Positions 1-9,628 of a stretch of 64,000 bases of DNA are shown piece after piece (within the stretch, counting starts at the first letter, position 1; each line of letters begins with the position of its first letter). The notes under the pieces were generated by a model. The model had not been told where the DNA came from, searched no databases, and saw only the letters and a program-made list of their open reading frames with translations. A program made the translations under genes and the position numbers. The DNA is from Candidatus Poribacteria bacterium (GTDB lineage Bacteria; Poribacteria; WGA-4E; WGA-3G): assembly GCA_965205015.1 (NCBI GenBank), contig OZ242029.1:4096001-4160000 (forward strand). Reading direction: 5' to 3'.

Positions 1-1
1 A

Positions 2-1627
2 ATGGTCGCCTTTACCCTCATTGATGGTGTTTTTAAGACGTATGATTTTCCGGGTTCACAGAACACCTATTTCTATGCCCTCGGTAATGATGGACGTGCT
101 GCCGGACACTACGAGGATAGCGAGGGGCGCCACCGCGGTATCATCCTACAAGATGGCGAGTTACACCCATACGATTTTCCGGGATCCGTTGAAACGGAGC
201 TATGGGGTATCAGTGATGCGACGGGGAATCTGACGGGTAATTGGACAGATGCTTCGGGCGTGCGTCGCGGATTCACCGGGGACATCATCGTTGAGTATCC
301 GGGGGCAGTGGAAACTTATGCCGATTTTATCAACGCGTTAGGGGGTATGTTTGGTAGCTACGTAGATGACGAAGGGACATATACGCCATACCTACGCGCA
401 CCGGATGGCAGGTATGTATCTTTCACCCCTCCAACCCAAGAAACTTATGAATTCTTTTTTGTGCACGGTTTCACCGATACAAAGATTTCCGTTTCCCGAG
501 GCAAAGTGGTCGGCGAGGTCACCCGCACTTATGTCGGTACATTCCTTGGGGGGCTTCATGAATTGAAAGTTCCTGGCAGCGTTAGAACGGAAGGCTACAA
601 TATCAATCAGGACGCTTCTGTGGTTGGGCACTATGACTCCCCTGATGGACGTAGACACGGATTTATTGCCAGACTCGGTACCGAGGAAGAAAGCGATGCT
701 TTCAGCAATGCTTACACCGTCTCGCTGTCCAAAGGCTTGAACATGCTTTCTGTGCCACTGGCACCGCCAACACCGATGACTGCCAAGAACCTTGTCGCGA
801 TAACAGGGGCGACAACCATCATCAGGTTTGATGCGCCAAACCAGAAATTCGTGGCATGGACACCGGATGCACCCAATGATGGTTTCTCAATTGAAGGTGG
901 ACACGGCTATATCGTTAATGTCCCACAAGCCCGAAACTTCGCATTCGTCGGCGCACCGTGGACGGATCCAATGCCAAAAACAACGGAAGTCGCTGCCGCA
1001 CCCTCTGCGCTCTCTGCAGGGAATCCTCAAACAGCGTGGGCATTCGTTGTGAGTGGGCATTTGGCAGGCAAACCCACACTTGACGGATACAAAGTCATCG
1101 TCCGCAATCTGAGAACAAACACCACCATAACCGCCGCAGTGCAAGGCGATTACTTCGCCGCCGCAACTGCCGATTTACAAAAACGGAGCGTCGTCCAAGT
1201 TGGAGACGTGGTTGAGCTGCGCGTCATCGATCCCAGTGGAAACTTTGAATCACAAACTGTGAGTTTTGAAGTGACCCCTGAACATTTGGCGAATGCTGTT
1301 CTATCTGTCAGGCTTGATGGCATTGGTAGACCGGCGCAGAACTTGTTGCTACAGAACTATCCGAATCCGTTCAACCCTGAGACATGGATTCCGTATCAAC
1401 TCTCGGAAGGCAGTCCAGTATCAATATCCATATACGATACAACAGGTAAGTTAGTTCGCACGCTTTCGCTGGGTTTTCAATCCGCGGGCTTCTACAATAG
1501 TCAGGGACGTGCGGCGTATTGGGATGGGCGCAATGCCCTCGGTGAACGCGTTGCGAGTGGTATCTATTTCTACCAGTTGACGACCCGCTCCTTCCAGCAG
1601 ACACGGCGACTCGTCATTCTAAAGTAA
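2..1627 (+). CDS. Secreted beta-propeller (HAF-like repeat) protein with C-terminal FlgD-Ig/T9SS-type sorting domain; 5'-truncated by window edge
   Basis: ~43-aa blades (YDFPGS..T....N..G..AGHY.D..G..HG) and C-terminal LQNYPNPFNPETWIPYQL...SGIYFYQL...RRLVILK; paralog of the next two genes. Confidence 0.75.
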   Translation: MVAFTLIDGVFKTYDFPGSQNTYFYALGNDGRAAGHYEDSEGRHRGIILQDGELHPYDFPGSVETELWGISDATGNLTGNWTDASGVRRGFTGDIIVEYPGAVETYADFINALGGMFGSYVDDEGTYTPYLRAPDGRYVSFTPPTQETYEFFFVHGFTDTKISVSRGKVVGEVTRTYVGTFLGGLHELKVPGSVRTEGYNINQDASVVGHYDSPDGRRHGFIARLGTEEESDAFSNAYTVSLSKGLNMLSVPLAPPTPMTAKNLVAITGATTIIRFDAPNQKFVAWTPDAPNDGFSIEGGHGYIVNVPQARNFAFVGAPWTDPMPKTTEVAAAPSALSAGNPQTAWAFVVSGHLAGKPTLDGYKVIVRNLRTNTTITAAVQGDYFAAATADLQKRSVVQVGDVVELRVIDPSGNFESQTVSFEVTPEHLANAVLSVRLDGIGRPAQNLLLQNYPNPFNPETWIPYQLSEGSPVSISIYDTTGKLVRTLSLGFQSAGFYNSQGRAAYWDGRNALGERVASGIYFYQLTTRSFQQTRRLVILK

Positions 1628-1688
1628 GGTCCATCCGTACCTACTTTTTTAAGGCGAGCTCACGTAATTTTAAATACAAAACAAGCAA

Positions 1689-1714
1689 GCCCCAGCGGGG
1701 CGGCATGTCTATAG
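1689..1714 (+). repeat. REP-like palindrome (GCCCC-N3-GGGGC-GGCATGTCTATAG family)
   Basis: gccccagcggggcggcatgtctatag; related copies at 18479, 20463, 20921, 46866, 51524, 61462. Confidence 0.7.
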
Positions 1715-1727
1715 AGAGGTTTTCATT

Positions 1728-4700
1728 ATGCATACTCAGATTAAAACCAATTTTTTATTTTACACGCTTACGTTGTTCATGTGCCTCAATTGCGTTTTCG
1801 TAGGAAGAACCGCCGCACAAGACAACGCTGAATCCACTGAGGCACCCGCCAGTGACAACTACACTTTTGAGACGATCGACGTTCCGGGCGTAGCGTTCTT
1901 ACAGTTGAGTGCCAGTAGCGACTTTGAGGATTACGCCGGCAGCACGCGGAGTGCGGATGGCGAAAAAATAGTCGCCTTTACGCTCATTGATGGTGTTTTT
2001 AAAACCTACGATTTCCCGGGTTCAAAAAATACTTATTTCTTTGCGCTCGGTAATAATGGCGACGCTGCCGGACACTACGAGGATAGCGACGGTCTATTCC
2101 ATGGGGTTGTCTTGAGAGATGGTGAATTGCAGCAATTCGATTTCCCGGGTGCTGTTGAGACGGAACTCTGGGGTATTAGTGATTCAACCGGCGCACTAAC
2201 GGGTAATTTTATAGATGCGTCTGGCATCCGTCGCGGATTCACAGGAGACGAAATTATTGAGTTCCCTGGGGCATCGGAAACGTATGCCGATTTTGTGAAC
2301 TCGAGCGGAGGGATGGTCGGCAGCTACGTAGACGCTGACGGTCTATATCATCCATACATACGTACGCCGACTGGCAGGTTTGTCCCTCTCAAGCTTCCAA
2401 GAGCAGCAAGTCTGGAATACTATTTTGTGCACGGTATCAACGATGCAAATGTGGTCGTTTCACGAGCCAAACCGGTGGATGGTGTCCCGCTCACTTATGT
2501 CGGCTCATTCCAAGAGGGGCTAAAGGAATTTAAAGTTCCGGGCAGTGTGAGCACGGAAGGCTATAATATCAATCAGGACGGTTCAATCGTCGGGCACTAT
2601 GATACAGCAGATGGACGCAGACACGGGTTCATCGCTAGACCCATAACGGACACCGCTGCACCCGTTGAGGATCAACCTGTTGCCACACCTGCTGATCTCA
2701 ACTATACCTTTGAGAGTATTGATGTTCCGGGTGTAGACTTTTTAGCGTTGGCGGCGAGTAGCGACTTTGAGGATTACGCTGGCTACACGAAAAGTGCTGA
2801 TGGTGAAAAAGAGGTCGCCTTTACGTTGATAGATGGGGTTTTTACAACCTACGATTTCCCCGGCTCACAGAGTACTTATTTCTTTGCGCTCGGTAATGAT
2901 GGACGAGCTGCAGGACATTACCAAGATAGCGAGGGTCTCTACCATGGTGTCGTTTTAGAAGATGGCGAGTTACGGCAATACGATTTTCCGGGTGCCGTCG
3001 AAACAGAGATATATGGCATCAGTGATGCAACAGGGGCATTGACGGGTAATTTCACAGATGCGTCTGGTGTTCGGCGTGGATTCTCAGGGGAGACAATAGT
3101 TGAAGCTCCCGGGGCACCGGAAACGTATGCCGATTTTATAAACGCGAGTGGTCGTATGGTGGGCAGCTACATAGATGCTGACGGCATATATCATCCATAC
3201 ACGCGTAGCTCGGAGGGCAGGTTTATATCTCTCAAACTCCCACAAGCAGCACAATTTGAATACTTTTTTGTGCACGGTATCAACGACGTAGGGGTTCTCG
3301 TTGGCAGATCCAAACGAGTCGGTGGTGTCCCGCGCACCTACGTCGGCTCATTCCAGCATGGGCTACATGAATTGGAGTTTCCGGGCAGCGTTAGCACGGA
3401 GGGGTGGAACATCAATCAGGACGGCTCTGTTGTCGGGCACTATGATTCAGTCGATGGACGCAGACACGGGTTCATTGCCAGACCCGCAACGGACACTGCT
3501 GCACATGCCGACCCTCAGCCCGTTGTTACACCGACTGAACCTGTAGTTGAAGCCGGCGACTCCAACTACACATTTGAGAGTATTGATGTTCCGGACGTAG
3601 ACTTTTTAGAGTTGACGGCGAGTAGCGACTTTGGGGATTACGCGGGGAACACCCGGAGTGCTGATGGTCAAAAAATCGTCGGCTTTACACTCATTGATGG
3701 CGTTTTTACGACTTACGATTTTCCCGGTTCGCAGAACACTTATTTCTATGCCCTCGGTAACAATGGACAAGCCGCAGGACACTATGAGGATAGCGACGGT
3801 CTTCATCATGGTGTCATCTTAGAAAACGGCGAGTTGAGGCAATATGATTTTCCGAGTGCCGTCGAAACGTTCCTCTACGGTATCTCTGATGCGACGGGTG
3901 CCCTGACGGGTAATTTTATAGATGCTTCGGGGGTGCGTCGAGGTTTCACAGGGGACGAAATTATTGAGGTCCCTGGTGCCTTGGAAACGTATGCCGATTT
4001 CGTGAGCGCGGGTCGGCTCGTCGGCAGCTACATAGATGCTTCGGGTATATATCATGCCTACATACGTTCTCCACAAGGCAAGTATACATCTATTGAGCTG
4101 CCAGACGGACCGAAGCTGGCGTACTATTTTCTGCACGGTATCAATGATGCAGGGACTTACGTTGCCCGCGCGAAAGTCGTGGATGATATTCCGCGGACAT
4201 ACGTCGGCACATTCACCGGGCGGGAGGAGTTGCGTTTTCCGGGCAGTGTCAGTACACAGGGTTATAATATCAATCAAGACGGCTCTATCGTCGGAAACTA
4301 TGACACTTCTGATGGACGCAGACACGGGTTCATCGCCAGACCTGCTGGAGGGATGGCTGCGCAACCGGTTGTCCCTACCAGTTTCAACTATACTTTTGAG
4401 AGTATTGCTGTTCCGGGAGTCGCCTATTTACAGTTGACAGCAAGTAGCGACTTTGAGGATTACGCCGGCAACACGCGGAGTGCTGACGGTGAAAAAATCG
4501 TCGGCTTTACGCTCATTGATGGCGTTTTTACAACCTACGATTTCCCCGGCTCACAGAACACTTTTTTCTATGCACTGGGTAACAACGGTCAAGCCGCCGG
4601 ACACTACGAAGATAGCAACGGCCTGTTCCACGGGGTCATCTTAGAAAACGGCGAGTTAAGGCAATATGATTTCCCGGGTGCCGTTGAGACGGAGATATAC

Positions 4701-6119
4701 GGTATCTCTGATGCGACCGGTGCCTTGACGGGAAATTTTATAGATGCTTCGGGTATACGTCGCGGCTTCTCTGGAGAGACCATCGTTGAGTTTCCCGGTG
4801 CCACAGCAACTTATGCCGATTTTATCGCCGCGGGTCGGCTCGTCGGCAGCTATGTAGATGCTGAAGGTGTATATCGTCCCTACATACGTGATACCGATGG
4901 CAAGATGAGATCTATTAACATCCCAGCAGCAGAAAATATGGAGTACCTCTTTTCGCACGGTATCAATGATGCGGGGGTTTCCGTCAATCGTGCAAAAGTC
5001 GTGGATGATATTCCGCGGACATACGTCGGCACACTCCAAGGATTCCATGAGTTGCGTTTTCCGGGCAGCGTTAGCACGGAGGGGTGGAATATCAATCAGG
5101 ACGGCTCCGTCGTCGGACACTATGACTCACCCGATGGACGGAGGCACGGGTTCATCGCCAGACCTGTTGATGCGGCAGAGAGCACTCAGTTTGGCAACTT
5201 CTACACCGTTACGCTGTCTAAAGGGTTGAACATGCTTTCTGTGCCGTTAGCACCTGCAACGCCGATGACTGCCAAGGCACTTGTCGCGATGGCAGGGGCG
5301 ACAACTATCATCAGGTTTGATGCGCCAAATCAGAAATTCGTGGCGTGGACACCAGATGCACCCAATGATGGTTTCTCAATTGAAGGCGGAAAAGGTTATA
5401 TCGTCAATGTCCCAGAAACCCGAAACTTCGCTTTCGTCGGTGCACCGTGGACGGATCCAATGCCAAAAACAACGGAGGTTTCCGCTGCCGCACCCTCTGC
5501 CATATCCACGGAGATGCCGCAAGCAGCGTGGGCATTCGTTGTGAGTGGGCATTTGGCAGGCAAACCCGCGTTCAATGGATACCAAGTCAGCGTCCGTAAC
5601 CTGAGAACCAACCGCATCATAACCGCATCCTTGCAAGGTGATTACTTCGCTGCTGCAACTGCCGACTTAACGCGGCGAAGCGTCGTCCAAGTTGGAGACG
5701 TGATTGAATTACGCGTCATCGGTCCGGGTGGAAACGCTGAATCGCAACCTCTCACTTTCAAAGTGACCCCTGAGCATCTTGCGAATGCGGTCTTGTCTGT
5801 CAGGCTTGATGGCATCGGTCAACCGCAGCAGAATCTCTTGTTGCAGAACTACCCGAATCCGTTTAACCCGGAGACATGGATTCCATACCAACTCTCGGAA
5901 GACAGTCCCGTATCGATATCCATATACGATACAACGGGTAAGTTGGTTCGCACGCTTTCACTCGGTTTCCAATCCGCAGGTTTTTACAATAGTCAGGGAC
6001 GTGCGGCGTATTGGGATGGACGCAATGCCCTTGGGGAACGCGTTGCGAGTGGTATCTATTTCTACCAGTTGACGACCCCCTCCTTCCAGCAGACACGGCG
6101 ACTCGTCATTCTAAAGTAG
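1728..6119 (+). CDS. Large secreted protein: signal peptide, 4 tandem ~270-aa beta-propeller domains, C-terminal FlgD-Ig/T9SS-type domain
   Basis: Four NYTFE(T/S)I...HGFIARP units starting near 1854, 2697, 3561, 4383; hydrophobic N-terminus ending TAAQ; NYPNPFNP C-terminal domain; GAGAGG SD. Confidence 0.85.
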   Translation: MHTQIKTNFLFYTLTLFMCLNCVFVGRTAAQDNAESTEAPASDNYTFETIDVPGVAFLQLSASSDFEDYAGSTRSADGEKIVAFTLIDGVFKTYDFPGSKNTYFFALGNNGDAAGHYEDSDGLFHGVVLRDGELQQFDFPGAVETELWGISDSTGALTGNFIDASGIRRGFTGDEIIEFPGASETYADFVNSSGGMVGSYVDADGLYHPYIRTPTGRFVPLKLPRAASLEYYFVHGINDANVVVSRAKPVDGVPLTYVGSFQEGLKEFKVPGSVSTEGYNINQDGSIVGHYDTADGRRHGFIARPITDTAAPVEDQPVATPADLNYTFESIDVPGVDFLALAASSDFEDYAGYTKSADGEKEVAFTLIDGVFTTYDFPGSQSTYFFALGNDGRAAGHYQDSEGLYHGVVLEDGELRQYDFPGAVETEIYGISDATGALTGNFTDASGVRRGFSGETIVEAPGAPETYADFINASGRMVGSYIDADGIYHPYTRSSEGRFISLKLPQAAQFEYFFVHGINDVGVLVGRSKRVGGVPRTYVGSFQHGLHELEFPGSVSTEGWNINQDGSVVGHYDSVDGRRHGFIARPATDTAAHADPQPVVTPTEPVVEAGDSNYTFESIDVPDVDFLELTASSDFGDYAGNTRSADGQKIVGFTLIDGVFTTYDFPGSQNTYFYALGNNGQAAGHYEDSDGLHHGVILENGELRQYDFPSAVETFLYGISDATGALTGNFIDASGVRRGFTGDEIIEVPGALETYADFVSAGRLVGSYIDASGIYHAYIRSPQGKYTSIELPDGPKLAYYFLHGINDAGTYVARAKVVDDIPRTYVGTFTGREELRFPGSVSTQGYNINQDGSIVGNYDTSDGRRHGFIARPAGGMAAQPVVPTSFNYTFESIAVPGVAYLQLTASSDFEDYAGNTRSADGEKIVGFTLIDGVFTTYDFPGSQNTFFYALGNNGQAAGHYEDSNGLFHGVILENGELRQYDFPGAVETEIYGISDATGALTGNFIDASGIRRGFSGETIVEFPGATATYADFIAAGRLVGSYVDAEGVYRPYIRDTDGKMRSINIPAAENMEYLFSHGINDAGVSVNRAKVVDDIPRTYVGTLQGFHELRFPGSVSTEGWNINQDGSVVGHYDSPDGRRHGFIARPVDAAESTQFGNFYTVTLSKGLNMLSVPLAPATPMTAKALVAMAGATTIIRFDAPNQKFVAWTPDAPNDGFSIEGGKGYIVNVPETRNFAFVGAPWTDPMPKTTEVSAAAPSAISTEMPQAAWAFVVSGHLAGKPAFNGYQVSVRNLRTNRIITASLQGDYFAAATADLTRRSVVQVGDVIELRVIGPGGNAESQPLTFKVTPEHLANAVLSVRLDGIGQPQQNLLLQNYPNPFNPETWIPYQLSEDSPVSISIYDTTGKLVRTLSLGFQSAGFYNSQGRAAYWDGRNALGERVASGIYFYQLTTPSFQQTRRLVILK

Positions 6120-6142
6120 GGGCCACCCGTATAAAACTAACA

Positions 6143-6184
6143 GGTGTCACAGGGATGCTATCGGCGTAACTGTGACACTTCTTT
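6143..6184 (+). terminator. Hairpin downstream of the 1463-aa gene, possible terminator
   Basis: gtgtcacag...ctgtgacac inverted repeat followed by ttcttt. Confidence 0.4.
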
Positions 6185-6192
6185 AAACCTAA

Positions 6193-6395
6193 TAGGACTT
6201 ATGCAGCTTGCTCATTTTCGTGCGACCTTTGGTTCGTAGTCGCGCAATGGCGCAAGTCGCGTGTGGACTTGCGGTTAACCATCAACTCGCCTCCGATACA
6301 ATATTCAAAGGAAACCCGAGTTGATGGTTAAAATGCGCATTCTTGTGTTCTAAATAATCAATTTCGTCGTGGAATCCAAATTTGCGTAAGTCCTG
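6193..6395. mobile_element. MITE-like non-autonomous element with AGGACTTA(C/T)GCA terminal inverted repeats
   Basis: taggacttatgca...tgcgtaagtcctg; shares TIRs and a ~45-bp internal block with 52717-52865. Confidence 0.75.
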
Positions 6396-6479
6396 CCCAA
6401 AAAAAGATGTGTAAGTTCTAACCTGCCGAATTGCCTCCTTCACCCATTTGTTTTTCCGATTCTTAGGGATCAATAAAAA

Positions 6480-6509
6480 TTGCTCAATATCACAGAAAAG
6501 TGCTATAAT
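6480..6509 (+). promoter_or_regulatory. Putative sigma70 promoter for the 6622 gene
   Basis: TTGCTC-N18-TATAAT with TG extension. Confidence 0.45.
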
Positions 6510-6621
6510 ATCCATAGCGCGCGCGTTTCCATACCGGTTTAAGTGCCTCATTATACTATAGGCGTTCCTCCTTGGAATCACAGCTACATTTACATCAAAC
6601 TCAAGTTAAAAAAGGATAGCT

Positions 6622-8439
6622 ATGAATCACAAAATCAAAACGAAACTTCCCTTGTTCATAAGTCTAATTATCTGTTTCACGGGATATGCCCTTGCACAGG
6701 TTGAAACCGAAATACCGATTGCGGATTACACCTTCGAAACCATCGAAGTGCCGGGCATCGATTTTCTGGAGGTGGCCGCAAGTAACGACTTCGGAGACTA
6801 CGCCGGGAACACCCGAACCCCTGACGGTGAGAAAACCATCGGTTTCACGTTGATAGATGGTGTGTTTACAACCTACGATTTCCCGGATTCCCTGAATACC
6901 TATTTCTATGCACTCGACAACGCTGGAAAAGCAGCCGGACACTACAAAGATATGGATGGACTTTACCACGGTGTCATCATGGAAGATGGGGAACTCACGC
7001 AATACGATTTTCCCGGTGCAGCCGAAACCCACATCTACGGTCTTAGCGATGAAACAGGGGCACTGAGCGGTAATATTGTTGATGAAACAGGTGCCACTCG
7101 CGCCTTTTCAGGCGATCTGATAATTACGGTCCCTGGTGCGGTCACAACTTATGGGGACTTCGTCAACGCCGCAGGTGCTGTCGTTGGGAGCTACGTGGAT
7201 GCCGATGGAAGGCCTCATGGGTTCATACGTAACCCCGACGGCAGTTTCACCACTATTGACGTTCCAGAAATGCCAAATCTTGAATTCCTATTTGTAAACA
7301 CCATCACCGATTTCGGTGTTGTCGCTTTCAGAGCGAAAGCTGTAAATGATATTCTGCGGTCCTATATCCTCCTGCCAGATGGTATCCTCTATGAAGTGCG
7401 GCTCCCAGGCAGTGTGAACACCGTCGTCCGAAATGTGAATCAGGATGGGAGTATTATCGGTTATTACGACTTAACAGACAGGCGTAGATACGGCTTCGTC
7501 GGTAGACCGACACCACAATCAGATGGGAAAAATTTGGGTAATATCTTCTCCATGCACCTCTCTAAAGGCTTGAACCTGTTGTCTGTGCCGTTGAAACCAA
7601 CTGTCTACATGACAGCACGCTCGCTCGCAGTCAAGACAGGCGCGACAGCCGTTGTTATGTTTGATGCCGCGAACCAACGGTTCGTCGGATGGACGCCAAA
7701 CGCACCCGACGACGGATTCCCCATTGAAGGCGCAAGAGGATATATCGCCAATCTACCAGAAGCTCGTGATGTCGTTTTCACTGGGACAAAGTGGACAAAT
7801 CAGATGGAGGTCGCTGCAGCACCGATTGCAACGCCTCTCAATCAGACGTGGGCCTTCGTCGTCAACGGGTATTTAGGAGGCACACAACGCTTCAACGGGT
7901 ATCTCGTCACAATCCGAAACACACGGACGAACACTACCATGACAGCGCGGGTGCGCGGTAATTACTTTGCCGCTGCGACTGCCGATCTCAACTACCGCAG
8001 CGTTGTGGAAGTCGGGGATAGGTTAGAATTAACCGTAACGGACACACACGGAAACATCGCTTCAGAAAGATTCAATTTCACGGTGAATCCGATGAATCTG
8101 GCAAACGCCGCTCTGAATGTGACGCTGGATGGCATCGGGACACCGAAACAGAATCTTCTGTTGCAGAACTATCCGAACCCTTTCAATCCTGAGACGTGGA
8201 TACCCTATCGGCTTTCAGAGGGCGGTGACGTGTTCTTGTCCATCTATGACACAAAAGGCGCGCGCATCCGAACGCTTTCGCTCGGCTATCAGTCCGCGGG
8301 TTTCTATCAGGATCAAGGACGTGCCGCCTATTGGGATGGGCGCAACGACTTAGGGGAACCGGTTGCAAGTGGGGTCTATTTTTACCAACTGACAACGGCA
8401 TCTTTCCAGCAAACCCGGCGGATGCTTATTTTCAAATAG
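6622..8439 (+). CDS. Secreted single beta-propeller protein with FlgD-Ig/T9SS-type C-terminal domain (diverged paralog)
   Basis: Signal peptide ending ALAQ, one DYTFETI... unit, NYPNPFNPETWIPY. Confidence 0.85.
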   Translation: MNHKIKTKLPLFISLIICFTGYALAQVETEIPIADYTFETIEVPGIDFLEVAASNDFGDYAGNTRTPDGEKTIGFTLIDGVFTTYDFPDSLNTYFYALDNAGKAAGHYKDMDGLYHGVIMEDGELTQYDFPGAAETHIYGLSDETGALSGNIVDETGATRAFSGDLIITVPGAVTTYGDFVNAAGAVVGSYVDADGRPHGFIRNPDGSFTTIDVPEMPNLEFLFVNTITDFGVVAFRAKAVNDILRSYILLPDGILYEVRLPGSVNTVVRNVNQDGSIIGYYDLTDRRRYGFVGRPTPQSDGKNLGNIFSMHLSKGLNLLSVPLKPTVYMTARSLAVKTGATAVVMFDAANQRFVGWTPNAPDDGFPIEGARGYIANLPEARDVVFTGTKWTNQMEVAAAPIATPLNQTWAFVVNGYLGGTQRFNGYLVTIRNTRTNTTMTARVRGNYFAAATADLNYRSVVEVGDRLELTVTDTHGNIASERFNFTVNPMNLANAALNVTLDGIGTPKQNLLLQNYPNPFNPETWIPYRLSEGGDVFLSIYDTKGARIRTLSLGYQSAGFYQDQGRAAYWDGRNDLGEPVASGVYFYQLTTASFQQTRRMLIFK

Positions 8440-8519
8440 TAACATCCAGACCTTGGTTGGCATACTGCTGGCGAGGTTCCCTAACCTCGCCGCTTAAGTC
8501 TGTCAAACACACGTGAACA

Positions 8520-9623
8520 ATGCAATATCAATGCGGCAAATGCAGCAACACCTATCAGATCTCACCGTTGCGCTATAAGTGCGACTGTGGAAACCCACTG
8601 AACCTCGTCAGAGATTCACGCGTAATCCCGAATCCACAGGTCCCAGGGGCGATGTCGCTCTGGCGGTATCGCGAAGCACTACCGATCGGTGAGGAGACAG
8701 AGATTGTCACGCTCGGTGAAGGCATGACCCCGCTTGTTCCACTTGACGTTAATGCTCCTGAACACTTCGCAAAATTGGATTATCTCTGTCCGACCGGTTC
8801 CTATAAGGATCGAGGGGCATCTGTCCTACTGACGCACCTCAAATCACTTGGTGTGGATACGATTGTTGAAGATTCATCGGGCAACGCGGGTGCCGCGATA
8901 GCCGCCTACAGCGCGAGGGCAGGCATTCACTGCACTATCTACTGTCCTGCGGCCACTTCAAAAGGTAAATTGAGACAGATTTCCGCTTACGGTGCCGAGT
9001 TAAAACTGGTGGCAGGCAACCGTATGGCAACGACGGAAGCCGTAAAACTCGCCGCGGAGACCACCTGTTATGCTTCTCATAACTGGCACCCGTTTTTCTT
9101 GGAAGGCACAAAGACGCTCGCGTATGAGATTACCGAACAACTCGGGTGGCGTGCACCGACACATGTCTTGTGTCCAGTCGGGTTCGGGAGCATTTATCTC
9201 GGACTCGCTATCGGATTTCGTGAATTGCAGACCCAAGGGATTATTGAAGGCATCCCTCGACTTCTCGGGGTTCAATCCGATGTTTGTTGCCCAATCCACA
9301 ACGCGTATGTTGAAACCCTAACGTCAATCTCAAGAATGCAGCAAACTGGAGACACACTTGCTGAGGGTATTACCGCTGAGCTCCCCATCCGAGGCGACAA
9401 TATTTTGGAGGCACTCCATTTCTCGAACGGTGCATTTACCACAGTCAACGACACAGACATTAAGGAAGGCATGAAACTGCTTGCCGCCAAAGGGATGTAT
9501 GTGGAACCTACGTCTGCTGTGATCGTTAAAGCGTATCAGAAGTTCAAAGCGTCAGGTATCATCCAAGAAGGTGATATGACAGTCTCGATCCTCACCGGTA
9601 TCGGTTTAAAGGCGAGTAAGTAA
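8520..9623 (+). CDS. thrC: Threonine synthase-like PLP enzyme (fold type II)
   Basis: N-terminal CxxC...CxC, TLGEGMTPL, PTGSYKDRG (PLP Lys), SSGNAGAA, VEPTSA, LTGIGLK. Confidence 0.7.
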   Translation: MQYQCGKCSNTYQISPLRYKCDCGNPLNLVRDSRVIPNPQVPGAMSLWRYREALPIGEETEIVTLGEGMTPLVPLDVNAPEHFAKLDYLCPTGSYKDRGASVLLTHLKSLGVDTIVEDSSGNAGAAIAAYSARAGIHCTIYCPAATSKGKLRQISAYGAELKLVAGNRMATTEAVKLAAETTCYASHNWHPFFLEGTKTLAYEITEQLGWRAPTHVLCPVGFGSIYLGLAIGFRELQTQGIIEGIPRLLGVQSDVCCPIHNAYVETLTSISRMQQTGDTLAEGITAELPIRGDNILEALHFSNGAFTTVNDTDIKEGMKLLAAKGMYVEPTSAVIVKAYQKFKASGIIQEGDMTVSILTGIGLKASK

Positions 9624-9628
9624 AACTC

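Noticed and set aside
1340-6119. DGR template/variable repeat pair between the 3' ends of paralogs
   Set aside because: Mismatches involve all bases, mostly at third codon positions, and are not adenine-specific; no reverse transcriptase in the window
6282-6581. 99-aa minus-strand ORF
   Set aside because: Spans a MITE end and a promoter region; no recognisable domain
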